A DNA stretch of 55,268 bases, taken from Thermoleophilia bacterium (lineage in GTDB: Bacteria > Actinomycetota > Thermoleophilia > Gaiellales > F1-60-MAGs149). This document shows, one piece after another, positions 19,396 through 32,649 of the stretch. The notes beneath the pieces were generated by a model that saw only the letters and a program-made list of their open reading frames with translations, was not told where the DNA came from and searched no databases. Made by a program: the position numbers and the translations under genes. The DNA lies in the NCBI GenBank assembly GCA_009694475.1, contig SHUX01000002.1, forward strand, positions 1 through 55,268. The letters run 5' to 3'. Position 1 is the first letter of the stretch, and the number at the start of each line of letters is the position of its first letter.

Positions 19396-20462
19396 TCGCG
19401 ATCGTGTTGGTTGGGGGTGAGGGGACCCGTCTGCGTCCTCTGACGCTCGACGAACCGAAGCCCGTGCTGCCGATCGGCGGCGTGGCATTTTTGTCGCTCC
19501 TACTCGATCGCCTCGCAGCCGCTGGTGTGACCCGCGTGATCTTCTCTTGTGGCTATCTGCCCGATCGTCTGCGGGCTGGCATCGGCACGCCGCCGGCCGG
19601 GGTCGAGGTGGAGGTTGTCATCGAGGACGAACCACTCGGTACTGCTGGTGCGATTCGTTTTGCGGCTGCCGGTCGTGTCGATGGTCCCTTCTTGGCGCTC
19701 AACGGCGACGTGCTCAGCGACGCCGACTTAGGCGCCCTCGTCCGCGCGCATACTGCTGCCGGCGCGACGGCCTCAATTGGCCTCACGCCGGTCGACGACC
19801 CGACGCGCTTTGGTGTTGTCGTCTGTGATCAGGACGGCAATGTCGAGCGCTTCGTGGAGAAGCCACCGAATGCGGATGGGCTTGGTCCGGCGCCCTGGTG
19901 GGTCAACGCGGGCTTCTACGTGCTCGATCCGTCCGTGCTCGATCTCGTGCCGCCAGACCAGATGGTGTCGATCGAGCGCGAGGTCTTTCCGCTGCTCGTC
20001 GGGAAGGGCCTGATCGCCTGTCAGGCAGAGGGATATTGGCGTGACATTGGCACGCTCCAGAGCTACCTCGCCGCTAACGCCGATGCGATCGGTGGCCGGC
20101 TTCAGACGCGCCTCGGTGGCTCGCCGACCACGCTCATAGTCGACCCAACGGCGACTGTCGCAGCCGCTGCCCAGCTGATCGCGCCCGTGCTGATTGGTGC
20201 GGGTGCAGAGATCGCGGCCGGTGCCGTGATTGGGCCAGACGTGGTGATCGGTGCGGGCAGTCGGATCGGCGCGCGTAGCATCGTCCGTAGTGCGGTACTG
20301 CTCGACGGCGTTGAGGTTGCGGCCGATGCGACGATCGAGCGCAGTGTGCTGGGTCGTGGTGCAACCGTGGGCGAGCGCTCGTCGCTGCTTGACTCGGCAC
20401 TCGGTACCGGCGAGATTGTGGGTTCGGACCAGGCACTGACCGACGAGCGGAGACCGAGCTGA
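19392..20462 (+). CDS. NDP-sugar pyrophosphorylase (mannose-1-phosphate guanylyltransferase-like) with a C-terminal left-handed beta-helix
   Basis: LVGGEGTRLRPLT nucleotidyltransferase motif and hexapeptide repeats at the C-terminus. GTGA overlap with ugd. Confidence 0.8.
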   Translation: MIAIVLVGGEGTRLRPLTLDEPKPVLPIGGVAFLSLLLDRLAAAGVTRVIFSCGYLPDRLRAGIGTPPAGVEVEVVIEDEPLGTAGAIRFAAAGRVDGPFLALNGDVLSDADLGALVRAHTAAGATASIGLTPVDDPTRFGVVVCDQDGNVERFVEKPPNADGLGPAPWWVNAGFYVLDPSVLDLVPPDQMVSIEREVFPLLVGKGLIACQAEGYWRDIGTLQSYLAANADAIGGRLQTRLGGSPTTLIVDPTATVAAAAQLIAPVLIGAGAEIAAGAVIGPDVVIGAGSRIGARSIVRSAVLLDGVEVAADATIERSVLGRGATVGERSSLLDSALGTGEIVGSDQALTDERRPS

Positions 20463-21466
20463 TGGCACCAGAGACGATGTTGGAGCAGGCGCTCGACTTC
20501 CCACGCCAACTGGGCAGTGGTCTGGCCGCGGCCGAGACCGCTGGCATTGCCCCGACCGGACCAACGTCGGTCGCGCTCTGTGGATTGGGAGGCTCGGCGG
20601 CAGGTGGACGCCTACTGGCTGCCCTCTTCGCCGATCAGCTTGCGATTCCCGTCGTGCCGGTCGACACGACGAGTCTGCCCGGCTGGATAGGTGCGCACAC
20701 GCTCGTCGTGTGCACCTCCTACTCGGGCGCAACCGCCGAGACGCTCGGCTGGTGGGAGCAGGCGGGACAGTGCGGTGCGCAGCGGCTTGCCGTCACGGCA
20801 GGTGGCGCGTTGGCCGCTCGTGCTGCTGAGGCGGGCGCGCCGTGCGTTGTCGTGGAGGCCGGCTTCCAGCCACGGGGTGCGCTCGGACTGCTCTTGGGCG
20901 CACTGGTTGGCGCGCTCGATGCCGCCGGTGCTGCACCGGGTGCGGCGGCGTTGCTCGCTGCTGCAATTCCCAGCACTGTCCGTGTGGTTGACGCCGAGCG
21001 GGCGAATCCCGCCATCGCCGAGGCCGAGGCCGCCCAACTTGCTGGGCAGGTCGTTGTCTTCTACGGGTCTGCAGCGCGTGCGGCCGCCGCAGTGCGCCTG
21101 AAAAATCAGGTCAACGAGAATGCGAAGGCCACGGCCTTCGCTGGCGCATTGCCCGAGATGGCTCATAACGAGGTGCTCGGTTGGCTGGGCAGCCACCGCC
21201 ACGACCTGCCGGCTGCCGCGGTGTTTCTGCGGGACCTCGCCGAGCCCGCCGCCGCCGCAGACCTTCATGACCAGATCTTCGCGTTGGTCGCGGGTGATCG
21301 TCCGACGGTGTTCGAGTGGCATGGACAGGGCGCAAGTGAGCTCGAGCGCACGCTCGCGTTGCTGATCCACGGCGATGTTGTCTCCTGCTATCTCGCCGAT
21401 TGCGAGGGTGTCGAGGCGCTCGACATCGCGCGGCTGACAGGACTCAAGGCGCCACCTGCGGAGTAG
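20462..21466 (+). CDS. SIS-domain bifunctional phosphoglucose/phosphomannose isomerase family protein
   Basis: GLGGSAAGG SIS motif, about 330 aa, with a typical PGI/PMI C-terminus. TGATG overlap with the upstream gene. Confidence 0.7.
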   Translation: MAPETMLEQALDFPRQLGSGLAAAETAGIAPTGPTSVALCGLGGSAAGGRLLAALFADQLAIPVVPVDTTSLPGWIGAHTLVVCTSYSGATAETLGWWEQAGQCGAQRLAVTAGGALAARAAEAGAPCVVVEAGFQPRGALGLLLGALVGALDAAGAAPGAAALLAAAIPSTVRVVDAERANPAIAEAEAAQLAGQVVVFYGSAARAAAAVRLKNQVNENAKATAFAGALPEMAHNEVLGWLGSHRHDLPAAAVFLRDLAEPAAAADLHDQIFALVAGDRPTVFEWHGQGASELERTLALLIHGDVVSCYLADCEGVEALDIARLTGLKAPPAE

Positions 21467-21484
21467 CGTACGATCTGTGCTTGA

Positions 21485-22777
<1,293 letters not shown>

Positions 22778-22791
22778 ATGGTGGGCGCGGG

Positions 22792-23814
22792 ATGATCGCG
22801 CCAACCGACATTATTCGTCTCGAACGGGAAGCGGTAGTGATCCTCGATCAGACTCGCTTGCCCGGCGAACGGGTGGAACGCGTGTGCTCGACCGTTGCCG
22901 AACTGGTGGCGGCCATCCGTGAACTGGCTGTGCGCGGCGCGCCTGCGCTCGGAGTGGTGGGTGCGATGGGTGTCGCGCTGGCCGCGAGCAAGGCGCCCGA
23001 TCAGCCAGAGCGCTTTCAGCGCACGGTGCTGGCCGAGGCCGCGATGCTGGCGACCTCGCGACCAACGGCCATCAACCTCTCCGTTGGTGTGCAGGCTGCG
23101 CTCGAGGCGGCAACGGGGCTCTGGATGGAGCCGACCGCGGCACGCACTGCGATTGTCGTGGCGGCGCAGGCCTTCCATCGTGCCGAGGTTCGTCGCTGCG
23201 AGGAGATCGGTCGGCACGGTGCCACGCTGTTTGCGATGAATGCTCGGATCTGCAGCATCTGCAATGCCGGAGCGCTCGCCACAGGTGGCTACGGGACGGC
23301 GCTTGGTGTGATCCGGCGCCTACAGGACAACGGGTTGTCGCCGACGGTGTGGGTGCCGGAGACGAGACCGCTGCTGCAGGGGGCGCGCCTGACGGCGTGG
23401 GAGCTTGCCGAGGAGGGCATCGCACATCAGGTGATCTCCGATGGCGCGGTTGCCAGTCGTTTCGGGCTTGGCCTCGTCGACGGCGTCGTCGTTGGCGCTG
23501 ATCGGATTGCGGCCAATGGGGATACTGCCAACAAGGTGGGGACGTATGGCCTCGCGATTGTGGCGCGGTATCACGGCGTACCGTTTTATGTCGCGGCGCC
23601 GCGCACTACGATCGACCCGCGGACGTCGACGGGGGCGGAGATTTCGATCGAGGAGCGCCCCCGGGCTGAGCTCGCAGGAGTAGCAGGACAACGGACGGTG
23701 GGGGACGACAGTCCGATCGTCAATCCGGCCTTCGATGTGACGCCCGCGGCACTGATCGACGCGATCATCACCGAAGACGGCGTGCTTCGAGCGCCATTCG
23801 ACTTCTCTGTGTGA
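22792..23814 (+). CDS. mtnA: S-methyl-5-thioribose-1-phosphate isomerase (eIF-2B alpha/beta/delta family)
   Basis: ILDQTRLP, AIRELAVRGAPALGV, CNAGALATGGYGTALG and GADRIAANGDTANKVGTY. Confidence 0.85.
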   Translation: MIAPTDIIRLEREAVVILDQTRLPGERVERVCSTVAELVAAIRELAVRGAPALGVVGAMGVALAASKAPDQPERFQRTVLAEAAMLATSRPTAINLSVGVQAALEAATGLWMEPTAARTAIVVAAQAFHRAEVRRCEEIGRHGATLFAMNARICSICNAGALATGGYGTALGVIRRLQDNGLSPTVWVPETRPLLQGARLTAWELAEEGIAHQVISDGAVASRFGLGLVDGVVVGADRIAANGDTANKVGTYGLAIVARYHGVPFYVAAPRTTIDPRTSTGAEISIEERPRAELAGVAGQRTVGDDSPIVNPAFDVTPAALIDAIITEDGVLRAPFDFSV

Positions 23815-23860
23815 TGCTCCGTGCGGGTCGGGCGCGACCCATCGCCGTGACGATGGTGGC

Positions 23861-24529
23861 ATGGACCTCCTCCGCCTGCTGGCCGACCAGCGCTGTGCGT
23901 GTTGTGGCACGCGTGGCGCACTTCTCTGCGGGGTCTGTCGCGGCTCCGTGCCGTGGTTGGCAGGGCCGCTTTGCCGACGCTGTGGGGAGCCGGAGAGCCA
24001 GCCGATGCTGCGCTGCCCGGTCTGCAAGCGATTGGGCGTGACGGTCGGTACGGTCCGCTCGGCGATTGCGCTGACGGGCGTCGGCACCGACCTGATGCGC
24101 TGTTGGAAGGATGGTGCCCGCGCGCCGGTCGCCGCGCTTGCCGCGGCCTGTGTCGCCGCGGCCGTACCGCCACCAGCAGGCGATCTGATCGTGCCAATCC
24201 CTGGGGCGCGCAGTCGCGTGTCCTGGCGCGGCGTCGATGGTCCCAGCGATCTGGCCCGCCTGCTGGCTCGCCGCTGGCACCTACCGATCTGGCCCGATGC
24301 GCTCGAGCGGGTGCATGAACGTCCTCAGCGAGGATTATCGGAGGCGCAGCGTCAGCGCAATGCGGCTGGGGCGTTTGTGGCGCGTCGAGCGGTTGTAGGA
24401 AGGGTGGTCCTGGTCGACGATGTGATGACCACAGGGGCGACGCTACGAGCGGGTGTGCGTCAGCTGCGACAGGCCGGTGCGGAGCGGGTCGACATCGTCA
24501 CGTTCGCCCGAGTTGTCACAACTTTGTAG
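23861..24529 (+). CDS. ComF family protein (phosphoribosyltransferase domain with an N-terminal Cys4 finger)
   Basis: CxxC...CxxC...CxxC N-terminus and the PRPP-binding loop VVLVDDVMTTGATL. Confidence 0.85.
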   Translation: MDLLRLLADQRCACCGTRGALLCGVCRGSVPWLAGPLCRRCGEPESQPMLRCPVCKRLGVTVGTVRSAIALTGVGTDLMRCWKDGARAPVAALAAACVAAAVPPPAGDLIVPIPGARSRVSWRGVDGPSDLARLLARRWHLPIWPDALERVHERPQRGLSEAQRQRNAAGAFVARRAVVGRVVLVDDVMTTGATLRAGVRQLRQAGAERVDIVTFARVVTTL

Positions 24530-24604
24530 CGATCAGAAACTGCTCTTCCCCTGCCGACGTTGGAGGAGTATGGTGAGTCCACTGTCAGAAGAGGGGGTGT
24601 CCCA

Positions 24605-24931
24605 ATGAACGTTCGGGTGCACGCACGACACGTCGCTATTCCGCCCGACTTGAGGGCGTTGGCTGAGCAGAAGCTCGAGGCCATTGCGCGGCTCTTGCCG
24701 CCAGATGCAACTGCCGACGTGGAGTTCTCGGAGGAGCGCAACCCGCGCATCGCGGCATCGCAGATCGCGGAGATTACGATCATCGTGCGGGGCAAGGTGA
24801 TTCGCGCTCGGGCGGCAGAGTCCGCGTTCTTTGACGCCATGATCCACGCAGTTCGTAACGTGCGGCAAGAGGTCTCCGACCTCCACCACCGTCGCCGCGC
24901 ACACCCCCACCGGGGTCTGAAGACGGCGTAG
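24605..24931 (+). CDS. hpf: ribosome hibernation/modulation factor, short form (S30AE N-terminal domain only)
   Basis: MNVRVHARHVAIPPDLRALAEQKLEAIARL is the typical HPF/RaiA N-terminal domain. A purine-rich AGAGGGGG lies upstream of the ATG. There are only 108 aa and no C-terminal dimerisation domain. Confidence 0.8.
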   Translation: MNVRVHARHVAIPPDLRALAEQKLEAIARLLPPDATADVEFSEERNPRIAASQIAEITIIVRGKVIRARAAESAFFDAMIHAVRNVRQEVSDLHHRRRAHPHRGLKTA

Positions 24932-24944
24932 TTCTTTGCTGGTT

Positions 24945-24972
24945 GCGACGAAGGGGTCTGCCCCCTCGTCGC
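24945..24972. terminator. hairpin between the convergent hpf and the 394-aa hypothetical gene
   Basis: GCGACGAAGGGG-TCTG-CCCCCTCGTCGC is a 12-bp stem with one mismatch. There is no clear U-tract. Confidence 0.45.
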
Positions 24973-24981
24973 AGCCGGGGT

Positions 24982-26166
24982 CTATGCCTCGAGGCCGAGG
25001 CGGGACCGGCATGTCGCGCGAATATCTGGATCGCTCGAATCAACGAACCAGGCGATCGCACCCGTTTCGGGAGCCGGCGCACGCAGTAGCGCATCGAAGG
25101 CCGCCAACGCACGGTTTGGATTGCCGCTGGCAGCCCAGCGTTGGACCTCATCGCGCCAGTCGTGCCAGTGGTCTGCCAGCTCGCGGCGTAAGTACTTCTT
25201 GTTGATCGCGCGCCAGGAGCCACTGGTCAGGTCGGGTGCGAGCGCGTCGAGTGTGCGGATCGCGCCGCGCGTCCCGAGCTCGGCCAGCAGTGGTGCGGCG
25301 GCCTCGGCTGGGCACCGCCCAGCCTCACAGTCGGCGATCACGAGGCACCGTCTGAGTACGGCGTTACGGAGCTCCGGATCATCCTCTGCCACTAAGGCTA
25401 GTTCGTGGGTGGCGTGCCACAACAGGATCGGCGCAGTCTGTTCCAATAGTGTCTCGCCGATTGCTCGCGCGACGTCGGCAAACGGGACGTCGTCACCGAG
25501 CGCGGCGACGGTCGTCTCGGCAACCCATTCGTCGGCCACCATCACGCGGGCACAACCCGGCGACAGTGCCTCGGTGGCCTGTGATAGCCGGTTGATCAGG
25601 TCGCGGAGGTTGTTCAGGTCGTGTAGCGGGACGTCATTGGTCGTGCTGGCAAAGGCATCGGCATCGAGCACCGTCCGGTCGAGCCAGTCGATCAGTGGTT
25701 GTGGATCGCCAGCCAACAGATCTGTCAGCGCCTGGCGACCACCCGCGGTACCGAGCATGACGCGCTCGCCAGGGCGCAAGATGATGTCGGCGACGGCGTC
25801 ACTCGGCTCCAAGGTAATGACCGCCTCGAGCAGCGCGCGACGGCTGGCGACAGCGGTCAGGACATCGCCGGCAAACCCGGGCGTCTCGAGCGCACAGACG
25901 AGCAGGTGAACGATCGCGCGATCTGGTTCGCCACCCGGAAACGGCGGAAACAAGAGCGTCAAGGCGTCGCGAGCGAGCGAGGGCACGTCATCGCCTTGGC
26001 GGTGCTGGCGATCAATGCGTCGGCCGGTCTCGAGCGTCGTCACATCGCCAGCCAGCCACGCCTCGATGAGCGCCGAGAGCGGAGCGGTCGGAGTCATGGG
26101 GGAGAGGTCGCCAAGCACGCCAGAGAACGGTAGTGGGGACTGCTTTCTCAGGCGGCGTTCAGGCAC
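24982..26166 (-). CDS. hypothetical protein (394 aa), no recognised domain
   Basis: Long ORF with high GC3 (the C-terminus ...RATCRSRLGLEA was checked by hand). The start is uncertain: GTG 26166, or ATG 26097 (MTPTAPLSALIEAWL). It has a Cys cluster, CLVIADCEAGRC. Confidence 0.6.
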   Translation of the reverse strand: MPERRLRKQSPLPFSGVLGDLSPMTPTAPLSALIEAWLAGDVTTLETGRRIDRQHRQGDDVPSLARDALTLLFPPFPGGEPDRAIVHLLVCALETPGFAGDVLTAVASRRALLEAVITLEPSDAVADIILRPGERVMLGTAGGRQALTDLLAGDPQPLIDWLDRTVLDADAFASTTNDVPLHDLNNLRDLINRLSQATEALSPGCARVMVADEWVAETTVAALGDDVPFADVARAIGETLLEQTAPILLWHATHELALVAEDDPELRNAVLRRCLVIADCEAGRCPAEAAAPLLAELGTRGAIRTLDALAPDLTSGSWRAINKKYLRRELADHWHDWRDEVQRWAASGNPNRALAAFDALLRAPAPETGAIAWFVDSSDPDIRATCRSRLGLEA

Positions 26167-26173
26167 TGACTGG

Positions 26174-26179
26174 TAGGGT
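26174..26179 (+). promoter_or_regulatory. candidate -10 box TAGGGT for a leaderless secA transcript
   Basis: TAGGGT, then a 7-nt spacer, then ATG at 26187. Confidence 0.4.
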
Positions 26180-26186
26180 TTGACCC

Positions 26187-30031
<3,845 letters not shown>

Positions 30032-30286
30032 TCTGATGCGCGCATCAACGACTGATAGATTGGGTCTGTTGGCATGCTGAAGCGCGACTCCCCATCTGAT
30101 GCTCTATCGCCGCCGTTTGACGTCCCCGATTCGGGCTACGTGAGCATCGCTGATACCGATCTACGCAGCGAGCTCGAGCTCGAGCGCGAGGCCGAAGAGC
30201 GCCGCCGCCGCCGAGCCGAGGCGCTCTCCGAACTAGCGGGCGAGACCAGCGAGTTTCGGCGTCCGTTTGCCCCACGCAACGAGGCG

Positions 30287-30982
30287 ATGATCCTGCTCGA
30301 GAACGCCACGATGGTCTACCCGGGTGATGTTGTCGGGCTCGACGATGTCACGCTGCAGATCGACAAGGGCGAGTGGGTGTTCCTCGTCGGTCCGTCTGGT
30401 TCGGGCAAGTCGACCTTCATCAAGTTGCTGCTCAAGGAGATCAACGCGACCAGTGGCAACGTGCAAGTCGGTGGCAAATCGCTGCGTACCCTGAAGCGCT
30501 CGCAGGTGCCGAAGTTGCGCCGCAACATCGGCTGTGTCTTCCAGGACTTCAAACTGCTGCCGACGCGGACCGTGTACGAGAACGTCGCCTACGCCCTCGA
30601 GGTGCAGGGCCAACGGCTCGAGGTGATCGAGCGCAAGGTGCCGGAGATCATTGGACTGGTTGGTCTGTCCGATAAGATCGACAAGCTGCCGCACGAGCTG
30701 TCGGGGGGGCAGCAGCAGCGCGTCTCGATTGCCCGCGCCTTCGTCAATCACCCACCTCTTTTGATCTGTGACGAGCCGACCGGCAACCTTGACCCCGAGA
30801 CGTCGATCGGCATTATGCAGTTGCTCTACCGCATCAACCGGGCGGGCACTACGATTTTGATGGCGACTCACGACCGCGAGATGGTCGACAAGATGCGCCG
30901 TCGCGTGATCGCTCTCGAAGACGGTCGTGTCGCGCGCGATGATCGTCGCGGTGGCTACGTTGAGGATGAGGAGCAGGTCTAG
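30287..30982 (+). CDS. ftsE: cell division ATP-binding protein FtsE
   Basis: Walker [10 protein letters not shown], signature LSGGQQQR and Walker B LLICDEPT. The ATG 30287 start gives the canonical length of about 231 aa. The ORF is also open from ATG 30074, which would add a 71-aa acidic/basic extension. Confidence 0.9.
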   Translation: MILLENATMVYPGDVVGLDDVTLQIDKGEWVFLVGPSGSGKSTFIKLLLKEINATSGNVQVGGKSLRTLKRSQVPKLRRNIGCVFQDFKLLPTRTVYENVAYALEVQGQRLEVIERKVPEIIGLVGLSDKIDKLPHELSGGQQQRVSIARAFVNHPPLLICDEPTGNLDPETSIGIMQLLYRINRAGTTILMATHDREMVDKMRRRVIALEDGRVARDDRRGGYVEDEEQV

Positions 30983-31890
30983 TGGAGACCCGCTGGAAGT
31001 TCTTCGTGGTTGAGGCCCTGAAATCGCTGAAGGGCAACTTGGCGACGACGGTTGCCGCTGTCGTGACGGTGCTGGTCGTGATGGTTATCGCCGGCATCGG
31101 GATCGCGCTCGGCTCGTACGTCTACAACTACTCGAACAAGGTGCGCGACGACGTCACGATTCGCGCCTATCTGAAGAACTCGGCAACGCCGAAGCAGATC
31201 GCCGACATCCAGCGCACGATCACCGAGACGCCGGGTGTGCAGGAGGGGTCGCTGCAGTTTGTCTCCAAGGACGATGCGATTTTACGTCTTCAAAAGCAAC
31301 TCGGTAAGGACTCCGAACTGCTCAAGCTGACGTTAGGCAACCCGTTGCCAGCATCGTTCGAGTTCAAGGCTGTCGATCCCGACCAGACTGCGCGCGTCGC
31401 GAAAGCCGTGGCCGGTCTGCCCGGGTTGGATCCGCCACAGGCGGGCCTACCGAATCCCGATTACGGAGCGGGCAAGGCCGATCGTGTCCTCAAGACGGCG
31501 GGCACGATCACGATCGTGCTGCTTGGGATGGGCGTCGTGCTGGCGATTGCGGCCATCCTCTTGATTGGCAATACGATCCGACTCTCGATTTTTTCGCGTC
31601 GTCGCGAAGTTGAGGTCATGAAACTCGTAGGAGCGACCAACTGGTTTGTGCGACTCCCGTTCATGATCGAGGGGATGTTCTGTGGCGTGGCAGGGGCGAT
31701 TCTCGCCTCGATTCTGCTGGCGATTAGCTATCAGACGCTCTTAGCCGACCGCCTACAGTCATCGCTGGGTGGCAGCGGTTCGCCCGAGGCGATTGCCTTT
31801 CCACTACTCGTCGTGCTGCTGATTGTGGCGGGTTTGGCGATTGGTGCGATTGGCTCGGGGCTGACGATGCGCCGTTTCCTGCGGGTCTAA
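30982..31890 (+). CDS. ftsX: cell division permease-like protein FtsX
   Basis: TM1, an extracellular domain, then three C-terminal TM segments (FSRRREVEVMKLVGAT.WF). The GTG overlaps the ftsE TAG by 1 nt. Confidence 0.9.
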   Translation: METRWKFFVVEALKSLKGNLATTVAAVVTVLVVMVIAGIGIALGSYVYNYSNKVRDDVTIRAYLKNSATPKQIADIQRTITETPGVQEGSLQFVSKDDAILRLQKQLGKDSELLKLTLGNPLPASFEFKAVDPDQTARVAKAVAGLPGLDPPQAGLPNPDYGAGKADRVLKTAGTITIVLLGMGVVLAIAAILLIGNTIRLSIFSRRREVEVMKLVGATNWFVRLPFMIEGMFCGVAGAILASILLAISYQTLLADRLQSSLGGSGSPEAIAFPLLVVLLIVAGLAIGAIGSGLTMRRFLRV

Positions 31891-31926
31891 ACGCATGCCG
31901 ATTCGGCATTCTACCCGTCGGCACTC

Positions 31927-31932
31927 TACCCT
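31927..31932 (+). promoter_or_regulatory. candidate -10 box TACCCT for the leaderless response-regulator operon
   Basis: TACCCT, then a 6-nt spacer, then ATG at 31939. Confidence 0.35.
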
Positions 31933-31938
31933 TTGCGT

Positions 31939-32649
31939 ATGACGGAATCTCCGCTCCCGCGCATGCTGTTCGTTGAGGATGATCCTGTCATCCGTCAGGC
32001 GACGAGTGACTACCTGACGCGTAATGGTTTCGACGTGATTACGGCCGACGATGGCGATGCGGGTCTCGCCGCCTGGCACGAGTCAGATCCGGTGCTGGCG
32101 CTGCTCGATGTGATGCTGCCAGGCATGGATGGTGTGGCGCTATGTCGGGCAATTCGTGCCGAGTCGCAGATCCCGGTGATCCTGATGTCGGCGCGTTCCG
32201 ATCCGATCGACGTCGTCATGGGGCTCGAGGCGGGCGCGGATGATTACGTCACTAAACCGTTCGATCCAGCCGTCTTGGCGGCTCGCCTACGCGCAGCCTT
32301 GCGGCGTGTCACACCAACAGATATCGAGCGTGCTCCCTTCGAGCAGATCGGCACGTTACGGCTTGACCGTGAGGGTTACGTGGTCACGCGTGATGGCGAG
32401 CCACTGGCACTGACACCAACGGAGTACCGCCTGCTGGTGGAGTTGATCGACAACGTCGACAAGGCGCTCGACCGCGCGGTGCTGCTCGAGCGCGTCTGGG
32501 GCTATGGCTGGGCGGGCGACACGCGCCTCGTCGACGTGCATGTCCAGCGCCTCCGCGCCAAAATTGAGGTCGATCCCGCGGCTCCCGAGCTCGTGCAGAC
32601 CGTACGTGGCGTCGGCTATAAGTTGGTGCAGCCGAGCGAGGCTTCGTGA
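31939..32649 (+). CDS. mtrA: OmpR/PhoB-family response regulator, MtrA-like
   Basis: Receiver domain (LLDVMLPGMDG, GADDYVTKPF) plus a winged-helix domain (LT.TEYRLL..L, VDVHVQRLRAKIE). Followed by a kinase and a GerMN lipoprotein, as in mtrAB-lpqB. TTG 31933 is an alternative start. Confidence 0.8.
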   Translation: MTESPLPRMLFVEDDPVIRQATSDYLTRNGFDVITADDGDAGLAAWHESDPVLALLDVMLPGMDGVALCRAIRAESQIPVILMSARSDPIDVVMGLEAGADDYVTKPFDPAVLAARLRAALRRVTPTDIERAPFEQIGTLRLDREGYVVTRDGEPLALTPTEYRLLVELIDNVDKALDRAVLLERVWGYGWAGDTRLVDVHVQRLRAKIEVDPAAPELVQTVRGVGYKLVQPSEAS

